The notes under the pieces were generated by a model. It had not been told where the DNA came from, searched no databases, and saw only the letters and a list, made by a program, of their open reading frames with translations. This document shows positions 19,495-29,900 of a stretch of 64,000 bases of DNA, piece after piece. The position numbers and the translations under genes were made by a program. Each line of letters opens with the position of its first letter. The first letter of the stretch is position 1. Location: positions 25,254-89,253 of the forward strand of contig CAVQRZ010000033.1 of assembly GCA_963715335.1 (NCBI GenBank). The letters are read 5' to 3'. Origin of the DNA: an uncultured delta proteobacterium (GTDB taxonomy: Bacteria; Desulfobacterota; Desulfuromonadia; Desulfuromonadales; BM103).

Positions 19495-21081
19495 ATGTCC
19501 GATTACGGCACACTGGAAAGTCGCGTTCGTCGCAAGTCGCTGCTCAAAAAAGTTATGAAGCCTGAAGATACTGTTCAGTTCTTCAAGAATGGGCAGAACC
19601 TGGTCTGGTCCGGTTTCACTCCGGCCGGTTATCCCAAAGCGGTACCCATTGCGTTGGCCGACCACGTCGAAGCCAACAAGCTGCAGGGGAAGCTGAAGTT
19701 CAACCTCTTCATCGGAGCCTCCGTCGGTGCCGAGACTGAAGACCGTTGGGCAACCCTCGACATGATCGACCGTCGCTGGCCTTACCAGACCGGCAAGAAT
19801 ATCGCAGCCGGCATCAACGCCGGTCGCATCCGTATGGGTGACAAGCACCTCGGTCACTTTGCCCAGGATATCAGCTACGGCTTCTACACCGAAAATGGCC
19901 GTTACGATATCGGCATTTTCGAAGTTTCCGCTATCACCGAAGACGGTGGTCTGGCCCTGACCTCCTCCTGCGGGATCGTCGCCGAAGCTATCGGCCTCTG
20001 CGACAAGATCATCCTTGAGGTCAACACCGGTCAGCCTTCCTTCGAAGGGATGCACGACATTCACATGCAGCAGAAGCCGCCGCACCGCGCGCCCTTCCTG
20101 ATCACCGCAGCCGACACCCGCATCGGTACTCCGTACGTTCCTTGTGACACGGAAAAGGTTATTGCCGTGGTCGAGTCCAAGAACCGTGACAAAGGCCGCG
20201 CCTTTGCCGACATGGACGATACGTCGGAAGCGATCGCCGGTCACATTATGGAGTTCTTCGCTCACGAAGTGAAGCGCGGCCGTCTGCCCGAGAACCTGCT
20301 GCCCCTGCAGTCCGGCGTCGGCTCCATCGCCAACGCCGTCGTTGGCGGTCTCGCCAAAGGCCCCTTCCGCAACCTGTCAGTCTACACCGAGGTCCTCCAG
20401 GACACCATGCTCGACTTCATTGATGGCGGCAACCTGAACTTTGCTTCGGCCTGCTCACTCTCACTATCTGAAAAGCCGGGCTTCCCGCGCTTCTTCGAAA
20501 ACTGGGACAAGTATGCTGACAAGGTCATCATGCGCCCCCTGTCGATCGCCAACGCTCCCGAGCCGATCCGTCGTCTCGGTTGTATCGCCATGAACACCCC
20601 GGTTGAATTCGACATTTACGCCCACGCCAACTCGACCCTGGTCGGCGGTACCCGGATGATCAACGGCCTCGGCGGCTCCGGTGACTACCTGCGTAACGGT
20701 TACCTGAAGATCATGCACTCACCTTCGACCCGTCCGAGCAAGACCGACCCGCTCGGCATCACCTGCGTCGTACCGAAGTCTCCGCACATCGACCACACCG
20801 AGCACGACCTCGACGTGCTGGTCACCGAGCAGGGTCTGGCTGACCTCCGCGGCGTGGCACCGAAGGACCGCGCCAAACTGATCATCGCGAAGTGCGCCCA
20901 TCCCGAGTACAGGCCTATCCTTACGGACTACCTGGAGATGGCGACCAAGGATTGTATCGCACGTGGCGTCGGTCACGAACCTCAGCTCTTCGACCGCGCC
21001 TTCAAGATGCAGTTGAACATGGTGCAGAACGGCACCATGCGCATCAAGAACTGGGACTTCAAATTCGATCTCTGCGAATAA
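19495..21081 (+). CDS. Acetyl-CoA hydrolase/transferase (succinyl-CoA:acetate CoA-transferase, Geobacter Ato-type)
   Basis: SGFTPAGYPKAVP, LPLQSGVGSIANAV, YTEVLQD, NGLGGSGDY, VTEQGLADLRG; strongly biased codon usage typical of highly expressed genes. Confidence 0.92.
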   Translation: MSDYGTLESRVRRKSLLKKVMKPEDTVQFFKNGQNLVWSGFTPAGYPKAVPIALADHVEANKLQGKLKFNLFIGASVGAETEDRWATLDMIDRRWPYQTGKNIAAGINAGRIRMGDKHLGHFAQDISYGFYTENGRYDIGIFEVSAITEDGGLALTSSCGIVAEAIGLCDKIILEVNTGQPSFEGMHDIHMQQKPPHRAPFLITAADTRIGTPYVPCDTEKVIAVVESKNRDKGRAFADMDDTSEAIAGHIMEFFAHEVKRGRLPENLLPLQSGVGSIANAVVGGLAKGPFRNLSVYTEVLQDTMLDFIDGGNLNFASACSLSLSEKPGFPRFFENWDKYADKVIMRPLSIANAPEPIRRLGCIAMNTPVEFDIYAHANSTLVGGTRMINGLGGSGDYLRNGYLKIMHSPSTRPSKTDPLGITCVVPKSPHIDHTEHDLDVLVTEQGLADLRGVAPKDRAKLIIAKCAHPEYRPILTDYLEMATKDCIARGVGHEPQLFDRAFKMQLNMVQNGTMRIKNWDFKFDLCE

Positions 21082-21107
21082 TTTCGACTGTTATATCTGC
21101 TGCAATC

Positions 21108-21140
21108 AAAGCCCCGCCGTAAATGGCGGGGCTTTTTTTC
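21108..21140 (+). terminator. Intrinsic terminator
   Basis: AAAGCCCCGCCG-taaa-TGGCGGGGCTTTTTTT. Confidence 0.8.
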
Positions 21141-21229
21141 ATTTTGAAGGATAGAACAGGCCTGCGTCATCTCTCATTAAAGTAACCATCGGAGCACCCT
21201 TTAAAACCTGACGGCAATAATCCTCATTT

Positions 21230-21245
21230 CGGCATAGACCTTGCT
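21230..21245 (+). promoter_or_regulatory. Candidate sigma-54 (-24/-12) promoter of the DUF11 operon
   Basis: CGGCATAGACCTTGCT has the GG-N10-GC spacing with TTGC. Confidence 0.55.
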
Positions 21246-21354
21246 AAATCATTACTTTAGAAGCTTTCGAAGTATCGCGCACACCCTTGAATCGATGAGG
21301 AAAGCCACGCCTTTTCTCATTAGGTTAACAGCCCTGAGTTGCAGGGCCTTATAA

Positions 21355-21450
21355 CTTCTCCGATAAGAGCAAAACCGGGGCAACTCGGTGACGCAAAGCT
21401 AAGAGTCCGGAAACACACAGGGTTTTCCGGTCAGTCTGGCTGCCGAAGAG
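21355..21450 (+). ncRNA. GEMM-I (c-di-GMP-I class) riboswitch, A20 variant (cyclic AMP-GMP type)
   Basis: GATAAG-A-GCAAAACCGGG-GCAA-CTCGGTGACGCAAAGCT...GGCTGCCGAAGAG: GCAAA, GNRA-capped P2, GACGCAAAG junction, P1 pairing; position-20 equivalent (21368) is A. Confidence 0.85.
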
Positions 21451-21491
21451 ATGGTGTCACACGTAGTGTGGTCAACCGACAATGTTCGGAC

Positions 21492-21524
21492 ACCCGGTTT
21501 CGGCTCATCGAAACCGGGTTTTTT
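21492..21524 (+). terminator. Riboswitch expression-platform terminator
   Basis: ACCCGGTTTCG-gctcat-CGAAACCGGGT-TTTTT between the aptamer and the first CDS. Confidence 0.85.
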
Positions 21525-21640
21525 CGTATCCGATTCGGATGACCAAATTTGGCACTCAACTGGTGCGCTTGGTCACTTTGCGGCTTTTTAACTCATCTTA
21601 AAAAGGCTCGTGAAACGGGACAACAGGGAAAGATTTATTC

Positions 21641-24600
21641 ATGGCCACTTTATTTTCCGTCGTCAGCCCAGGCAAATCGTCTTTCATGGCATTAGCGCAT
21701 ATGGCAACAAGTCTTTCCCTGTCAGTGTTGCTGCTATTCGTTACGACCCCTGTATTCGCCTACGGTATAAACGAATGCGCCGCTTCTCGTTACGGCGCTG
21801 ACCTTAATTGCACCGCCGGCGACGTCGCCATCACCGGTATTGCAATTGCACCGGGCAGCCCGACCAAATGCGTCGGCGGTGAGACCTTCACCGTTGATCT
21901 CGACATCACAGTCAACTTTGCCACACCCGACCGCTGGGACATCGGAATTTTTCTTTCTGAAGACGGCAATGACCCTCAAAACCTCATCGGCAACGGCGGC
22001 GCTTCAAGCTGTTCGGTCGGCATCCTGCCGAACTCAAGCCCCTTTCTCGATCTCGACTCAAACGTCGGCACTGACACCTGCGGTGACGGCAACGGCGCGA
22101 TCAACGGAGGCACCGGTTCCGGTGTCGTCCGGATGAATGCAGTGCCATTGGCCTGTCAGTCCACCGACATGAGCAATGGCAACCTCTTTATCCCCTTCGT
22201 CGTCACCTGGGACAATCAGAAGAGCCCTACGGGTGCTACCTGCACCTCGATCGCTGACCCGTTCCCGAACACCAAATCCAAGTGCAATGCTCCAGACGGA
22301 ACGGTCGCCGCGGAAGTGCAGTACGGTACGATTCAAACCATTGTCCTGCCGGACATTACCAAGAACGACGGCATCTCCGCCATCACTGCGGGAGGCAGCA
22401 GCACATATAACGTGGTCATTACCAACACCACGGGCTCAACCCTCGTCAATGCCATCTTCAGAGACCCTGCGGTACCCAACCTGACAGTCAACAGTCTTAG
22501 TTGCTCCGCATCCAGCGGTACAATCTGTCCGGCAAGCTATCCGATAGCGGTCATGCATGGCGGCGGTATCCTTCTGGAGCCGATGGCCCCGGGCAGCAGC
22601 GTGACTTTCTCCGTCGGAGCAACCGTTGACGCCGCCACCCCGGCCGGCACCATCACCAACACTGCCTCGGTGATTGTCCGCGGCGAAAGCAACTCGGCCA
22701 GTGATACCAACGATGTGACCACCAAGTTCAACGTCGCCAAGGAATTTGCCCCGTCCGCCATCAACGCCGGTGAGACCACGGTCGTGAGTATCACGCTGGC
22801 AAACACCAACCTGAGTGTTGCAACCAACGTCGCCTTTAACGACAACTATCCGGCCGGCCTTGTCAACACCGCGACTCCAGCTGTGACCAACAGCTGCGGC
22901 GGAACGGCAACGGCAGCCGCGGGAGGGAACTCCCTGGTCTTGAGTGGCGGGACGCTTGCCGCCGGGGCAACCTGCACCGTCACTGCCAACGTGACCAGCG
23001 CAGTCGCCGGTGCCTACAGCAACAACACGGGGGCGATTTCCAGCGATCAATACGCCGGCGCGGCAGCCACTGCAAACCTCGCAGTCGGGGTCTCGAGTCT
23101 GCAGACTGCGACCAAGACCTGGCAGAATCTTAACAGCGGCGAAGCGGATCCCGGCGACACCGTCCGCTACTCTATTATCATCCCGGAGACTGCCGGTTCG
23201 GCTGCCAGCGGCGTATCGTTTTCGGACACACTGCCTGCAACCCTGAGCGGGGCAACCGTTGTGTCCTGCCCCATAGGTGCAACCTGCAATGTCAGCAGGG
23301 CAAACCGTTACAGCGACGAATATCACGATTCCCCCGAACGGTTCAGTGGCCATTGTTTTTGATGCGACCATTCAGCCAGCGACACCGCCGGCAACCGCCA
23401 TCAACAATTGCGCCAGCATCAGCAATCCCACTGGTATAGGCGCCTCACCCTGTGCGTCCACGATCACGGTTTCACCTTCAGCTGTCGCCCAAACCGGCAA
23501 CAAGCCGCTCTATCTCGACAGCAGCACCACCATGTCCCGAACCATGCCGTCGGCAACGCCGGCCCCGGTAACCATAACCAGCGGCGCTTCGCAAACCTGG
23601 TCGCTTAACCCGACCCTGGCCATGCCGGTCACCATCAGCCCGACCATCACCCCGCTGGCCATTCTCCCAGTCAACCTCTACCTGGCCAGCGACGTGGCGA
23701 ACGCGAAGCGGACCGCGCAGGTCACCTTGTCCTGCTCCGGCGGCGGCACCAGTTATGCCCAGACGATGATCTTCGACGGCACCGCTCTCAACAACCCTTA
23801 CCTGCCAACTACGCCGACCCAGGTGCTGTTCAACAACCTGCCCTTCTCTGCCAACCAGACCTGCGCTGCCGGTCAGACCTGGAATTTGTCCGTCAGCAAT
23901 GCCTCCGGGTCCGGGAACGTCATAGTCTATCCGGTGAGCGGAGGAAACAACTCTTACATCTCGCTGCCATCGTTGAGTGTCATCAACGTCGACAGCATCA
24001 CCTTCCACACCGATTCCTACGCCAACGGCGGCGGCAGCACCGTCACCTCGCTCGTCGCAGGGAGCCCGGTCTGGGTCCAGAGCACAGTGAGCGACCCCTT
24101 CGGCAGCTACGACATTACAGGTGCCAGTCTGCTTCTGACTGATTCCAACGGCACCGTGCAACTCGGCACCGCACCCGCCACTCCCGTCGCCATGTCTCAG
24201 AGATTCGATTCGAATGGCGCAACCAAGATCTATGAGTACGGCCCCTACAGCATCCCGTCCGCAGGCCCCGGCGGGGCATGGACAGCACGCGTTGATGCGG
24301 CCGAAGGAACCGAGGGAACGGTCAGTGACTATGGACTGGGATCCTTGACCGTCACCTTGCCGATGCCGGCCCTGACGTTCCTCAAGTCCTCCCTGGTCGA
24401 ACGCGACCCGGTGAACGGCACCACGACCCCCAAGGCGATCCCGGGCGCCGACGTGCTGTACACCCTGCAGGCTGTCAATTTCGGCACCGGTGCCGTGGAT
24501 AGCAACAGTCTGCGGCTTGTCGATCCGATCCCGACCAACAGCCGCCTGTTCGTCAACGATCTCGGCCAGGGGTCACCGGTGCTGTTCGCCGACGACGATA

Positions 24601-24809
24601 ACGACAGCGGCTTCGCACCGCCGCAACCCTTCACTCTCGACTACTTCAGCGATGCGTCTTGTGCAACCGTCACGACGCTGACCCCGGACGCCGATGGCTT
24701 CGACGCCAACGTCCGCTGCCTGCGCATCAACATGACCGGCAGCTTCAGCGCCGCGGCCGGTGCCGTGACCCCGGATTTCGACCTGACCTTCCGGGTGCGC
24801 ATCGAATGA
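21641..24809 (+). CDS. Secreted multi-DUF11 adhesin-like protein (putative tip subunit); one +1 frameshift near 23297
   Basis: ORFs 21641..23362 and 23277..24809 join at CNVS/GQTVTAT. Signal peptide, Cys-rich N-terminal domain, repeated K...Y.I...N...D.LP...NTA Ig-like domains. Confidence 0.8.
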
Positions 24810-24863
24810 TGATTAACAATGATTAATAGAGCGCAAACCCTGCGTACGAAAGGAGTATCACCC

Positions 24864-25349
24864 ATGAAGAAGATTTTGTTACTTACCATCAGCCTGCTGC
24901 TACTGCTGGCACCACTCACCGCCTTCGCGGCGGAGGATTTGCGCTTCAGTTCGACCGCCGAGGTCGAAAGACCGCGGGTCAACGCCAAGGGGGAGAAGGT
25001 CATGGTACGTGAACCGGCCACCCTGTTGCAGCCCGGCGAGATCGCGATCTACACCAACATCGTCACCAATATCGGCCAACAGCCGGCAGAGGAGATCGTG
25101 ATCGATAATCCGTTGCCTGAGAACACCGAGTACCTCGGCGGCAGTGCAACGGAAAACGGTTATGTCGTGCTCTTTTCGGTCGATAAAGGCAAGAGTTTCG
25201 GCGGTCAGGATGAGTTAACCGTACCGGACGGCCAAGGTGTTCAGCGACCGGCCGAGCCCAAAGATTACACCAATATCCGCTGGACCATGCAGTCCCGGCT
25301 CCAACCGGGAGCAACCGGCATCGTCGAATTCCGCGTCCGCGTCAGGTGA
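24864..25349 (+). CDS. Small secreted single-DUF11-like protein (putative chaperone/cap)
   Basis: Signal peptide (AFA|AE), PGEIAIYTNIVTN, IDNPLP, FSVDKG, IRWTM...LQPGATGIVEFRVRVR; RBS AAGGAG. Confidence 0.8.
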   Translation: MKKILLLTISLLLLLAPLTAFAAEDLRFSSTAEVERPRVNAKGEKVMVREPATLLQPGEIAIYTNIVTNIGQQPAEEIVIDNPLPENTEYLGGSATENGYVVLFSVDKGKSFGGQDELTVPDGQGVQRPAEPKDYTNIRWTMQSRLQPGATGIVEFRVRVR

Positions 25350-25581
25350 TGACGGACCGCAACCAATCAACCGAACCAGGATTTTGACCAGATAAGGAGT
25401 GACACCATGATCATGCAACAAACGCGCGGCCTGCCGCCGCCCAGACAACCAACCAGCAATTGCGCACCAGGTCAGGAGGCTGCCTATGGCAATCAGCGAC
25501 CGCCGTAATTACGACGTACCCATAACAACATTGGCAACATTACTTGAAACAGATGCAGTAACGACTAAAGGAGATAGAAAG

Positions 25582-26913
25582 ATGAAGAACTTTCAAAACA
25601 TCGGCATCGGGCTGCTCACTGCAGTCCTCATGCTGGCCAGCTTTACCAGCAACGCACTGGCTTTAACCGAAGCCTGCACCCCGATCAACAACCAGGCCAC
25701 CTTGAGTTACAAGGTCGGCACCGTCGATCAGACCCCCATCGCCTCCGACGGTGACAGCGGCACCGCTGGCGCCCAGGCAACCACATTCAGCGTCGCCACC
25801 AAAGTCGACCTGACTGTGGCCGGCGGCACAGTACTCTCTGTGGTCCCCAACGCTGTGGACCAGGTCCTCACCTACAGCATCACCAATACCGGTAACGACC
25901 AGCAGCGCTACAACCTGCGCGTCTGGGCCGCTGACGGCACTGAAGTGGTCTCAGGCCACACCGACAACTTCAATATGAGCAACGTCGATGTCTACACCGA
26001 CGACGACAACGACTATACCACCGGCACACCAACCCTGATTGCTTCCAACGTTGCAACCGACGGTAGTAACTTCTCCGGCTACACAGCCGTGGTCGAGCCC
26101 GGCGCGACTATCTACGTCCACCTGGTCGCTGATGTCCCTGGGGCTCAACCCAACGGTGACGCCGCCGTCTACGCCCTGCAGGCAATCACCCATCAGCCCA
26201 CCGGCCTCGACGGTATAGACATTGGCGATGGCACCGATGGCGGCGAGACCGACGAGTCAGCCTCCACCACAAACGGTTGTGGCGATGTCGTGGTCCTGGC
26301 GGATGGCGATGTTGACGGCGCTAGTGTTTTTGAAGCCGGAACAACCGATCTCTCCGACGCCGCCAAGAACGGCTACGGCTATGCCGTCGGCGTCTACCAC
26401 GTCACAAGCGCAGCCATCTCAGTGACCAAATCCCAAGTAACCCTCTGGGATCCGATCAACTTTGGCACCAGCCCGCAACCGATCCCCGGCGCTTATGTGA
26501 CCTACACCTTAACGATTGCAAACAATGGCGCCTCCTCGGCAACCTTGAGCCAGATCGTCGACGATCTACAAGACACCGTGCTGGCCCTCGACGTCGACTT
26601 CTACACCGGCGGAGATACCGATCCAGCTGGTGGTCCCTACACAAATGGCGCCGCAGGCAGATCAGTTGAGATCGATTATGGTGGCACCAGCACGCGCGTT
26701 GACACCTACGGAACGGCAGCTGATTCCGGCTCGGACACGGATGGGGTCGAATTCTCTGGCGGCCTGGGCGGAGTCCTGACGGTGTACTTCACCGATCCAG
26801 GTTCGGAAGGCACCGTGCTGCCTGCCGGAACCTACGGTGGAACCCTCTATACGCAAGGGGAGTTGAAGACCGGTGAATCAGTGGCCATCAGCTTCAACGT
26901 AATCATTCAGTAA
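25582..26913 (+). CDS. Secreted DUF11 protein (putative major fibre subunit)
   Basis: RBS AAAGGAG, signal peptide (ALA|L), N-terminal TPINNQATLSY, C-terminal VTKS...DPINFG...IPGAYVTYTLTIAN...ISFNVIIQ. Confidence 0.85.
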   Translation: MKNFQNIGIGLLTAVLMLASFTSNALALTEACTPINNQATLSYKVGTVDQTPIASDGDSGTAGAQATTFSVATKVDLTVAGGTVLSVVPNAVDQVLTYSITNTGNDQQRYNLRVWAADGTEVVSGHTDNFNMSNVDVYTDDDNDYTTGTPTLIASNVATDGSNFSGYTAVVEPGATIYVHLVADVPGAQPNGDAAVYALQAITHQPTGLDGIDIGDGTDGGETDESASTTNGCGDVVVLADGDVDGASVFEAGTTDLSDAAKNGYGYAVGVYHVTSAAISVTKSQVTLWDPINFGTSPQPIPGAYVTYTLTIANNGASSATLSQIVDDLQDTVLALDVDFYTGGDTDPAGGPYTNGAAGRSVEIDYGGTSTRVDTYGTAADSGSDTDGVEFSGGLGGVLTVYFTDPGSEGTVLPAGTYGGTLYTQGELKTGESVAISFNVIIQ

Positions 26914-26929
26914 ACGACATCACTCACTA

Positions 26930-29900
26930 ATGCTCAGAACGTTCCGCCATATTTCGCGCTTCGCGCGGCTCGGGACCGACCTTCGGGTCGGCACCCTGGC
27001 CGTGCTCTGCGCGCTGGCGGCCAACAGTATGTTCATCTTCAAACTCCAACCCGGTCGGTCGGTCGGTCGCGCAAGCGGCCGGCCGGCCCGTCGGCCCGAA
27101 GGGATGGCATTCTGCCGTAGCTTCGGGCGGGCGTTCGGTCTTTTAACGACCATTTTGGCCCTGATAGCAAGCCTGAATACAACCGCCCATGCGGCAACGC
27201 CGCCCGGCACACCGATCAACAATCAGGCCGTGCTTGACTACGCAATCGGCGGCGCGACACAACCAGCGGCACATTCGAACCTGGTCAGTTTCACCGTGCG
27301 TAGCCCGGCGCTGATTGAATTCCTGGCTTATGCGCCGACACTTCCTGCTGCCGAAGCGGTGCCTGTGCCTGACACCGACTACCGGAACGGTGGCAGCTTC
27401 GTGTCGATTCCGGCGCCACCGGAGACAGCCATCCAGCCGATGCCGTTGACCCCGGCCGAGCTTTACCACGGCGGCAACCCCTTCTACCTGCGCCTGACTG
27501 ACCTCGACCAGAACAGCGACCCGGCCACGGTCCAGACGGTATTAATCACCGTCACCTGCATTGAGACCGGCGATACAGAAGTTCTGCGGCTCACTGAGAG
27601 CGGTCCGGATACCGGTGTATTTACCGGCTACCTCCCCTCCATCAGCAGCGGTAACGCGGCGGCGGACGGGATGCTGTTCGTGATTCCGCAAGGCCGTGTC
27701 AGAGCGACCTATACCGACGTCTTCGACGGCACCGATTCAACGATCGCTGCAGCGCTGGTCGATCCCTACGGTTACGTCTTCGACAGCGCCACCGGCGACG
27801 CAGTAGATGGCGTCACCGTCACCCTGATCGACCTGGCCACCGGCCAGCCCGCCGCCACCATCGTCGGAGACAACGGTGCCCCCGGCTTCCCGGCTAGCAT
27901 TGTCACCGGCAGCAGCTTCGATTTCGGCGGGCTCACCTATAGCAACCCGCCAGGTGGTTACCGCTTCCCCTTCGTCCCGTCTGGCAGTTACCGTATGGTG
28001 GTCACCAATGCAGATAACTACACCGTGCCCTCGAGTCTTAGCGACAGTGAGTTGCAGAGTCGTTCCTGGTGGGCCAGCTCAGGCTATGTCGTCGGCGACG
28101 GCTGGCAGAGTGGCCAGTGGACAGGTGTGTTCAACGTCAACCCCGGCCCGGCGATTCGCCTCGATATCCCGGTTGATCCGCTGGTCACCTATCTCTGGCT
28201 GCAGAAAGATGTCAACCGCGACTACGCCTCGACCGGTGATTTCCTGCAATACACGCTGACCCTGGAAAACAATAACAAGCTCTCTGCGGCACCGGGAGTA
28301 ATAATCTCCGACCAGCTGCCGCTCGGCTTCCGCTACCAGAAGGGTTCGACCCATATTGCCGGTCGCAAACGGACCGATCCAACGGTCAGCCCTGACGGCC
28401 GGACTTTGACCTTCACACTCGCCGACATGCCTTCAGACAGCAGCATTGAAATCAGCTACGTGGTCGAGGTTGCAGCAGGCACGAAACTGGGCGAGGCCGT
28501 CAACCGCGCTCAGGCCAGCGACGGCAACGGTATCTACTCGAATATCGCCAGGGAGACGGTTGAGGTCCAAGACGCCTTCTTCCGCAACACGGTGATCCTC
28601 GTCGGGCGGGTCCTCGAAGGAGCCTGCGCCGAGGCGGACACAGTGCAAAGGGGCGTCCCCGGCGTCCGCGTCTACCTCGATGACGGCAGCTACGTGGTCA
28701 CGGATAAGGATGGCAAATACCATTTCGAAGGGGTCACACCAGGGCTGCATGTCGTTCAGGTCGATACGCTCACTCTGCCGGACGGCTATGAGATGACCTC
28801 CTGCGAGCAGAGCAGCCAGTTTGCCGGGAGGACCTTCTCCCAATTCGTCGACCTCCAGGGCGGAACCCTGTGGCGGGTCAACTTCTACACTGCGCGAAAA
28901 GCACCGCCAACCGGCGCGGCCGGGCTTGTACTCGAGGCCAGCATCGACAGACATCAGGCCAGCTTCAGCGTTGACTTGTCGGCAAAGACTATACCGCTCA
29001 GCAACCTCCGTACGACTATCATGCTCCCCACCGGGGCCCGTTATCTCGCCGGCACAGCAGCCCGCGACGGTCAGCCCATCGACGATCCGCAGATCTTCAA
29101 TGAGACTGTAACCTTTCGTTTCCCGGCACTGCTGGTCGATCAGCATAGCGTCATCACCTTCAATGCTGACATGACCGGGACGACCACAGGAGAGCTGCCG
29201 GCCAGGGCGCTACTGACCTTTGATACCTTGTCTGAGAAGAACCAGCGCACACCGTTGGCCGAGGTGCGCTTCCAGCGAACCAATGAAGAGCTGGTGATGA
29301 CACATCCCTCCAGCCCAGAACAGTCGATCGCTACGACTGGTCTGATGGTGGAAGGTGTCCCCGCACCGGTACAAAAGACTTTACCGCCGGCCGCTACTAC
29401 GCCGCCCAAACTTGACCAGAAGCTGCTGACAACGACCCCGCACGAGCGCAGTATCGTCTGGCCGGCAGAGGGTTTTGTGCCGGAGATTCCGAACATCGAG
29501 GTGATGGTCCAGTTCCAGCGTGGCGAACAGGTTGCACTGTTTCTCAATGACGAACCGGTCCCGGCGCTCAACTTCGACGAAAGCAAACAGGTTCCAAACA
29601 GCACCATGATGATCTCCAGCTGGGCCGGGGTTGACCTGCGCGACGGGCTCAACAGGCTCGAAGCGGTGCTGACAGACGCCGGCGGCAAAGAGGTGACCCG
29701 ACTGCGCCGCGACATCTGGTTCGTCACCATGGCGGAAAACCTGGAGTATTTTCCCGAGCAGTCGACGCTGGTCGCCGATGGCCTGAAACCGCCAACCTTT
29801 GCGATTCGTCTGACAGACCGTGACGGCCATCCACTGCGCCCGAAGCAACAAGTGCAGTTCCGGGTCTCGGCACCCTACCTTGCTCTGCACAACAATGGTG

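Noticed and set aside
21549..21575. Second CIRCE element (TTGGCACTC...)
   Set aside because: Only the left half-site is present; no GAGTGCCAA at N9.
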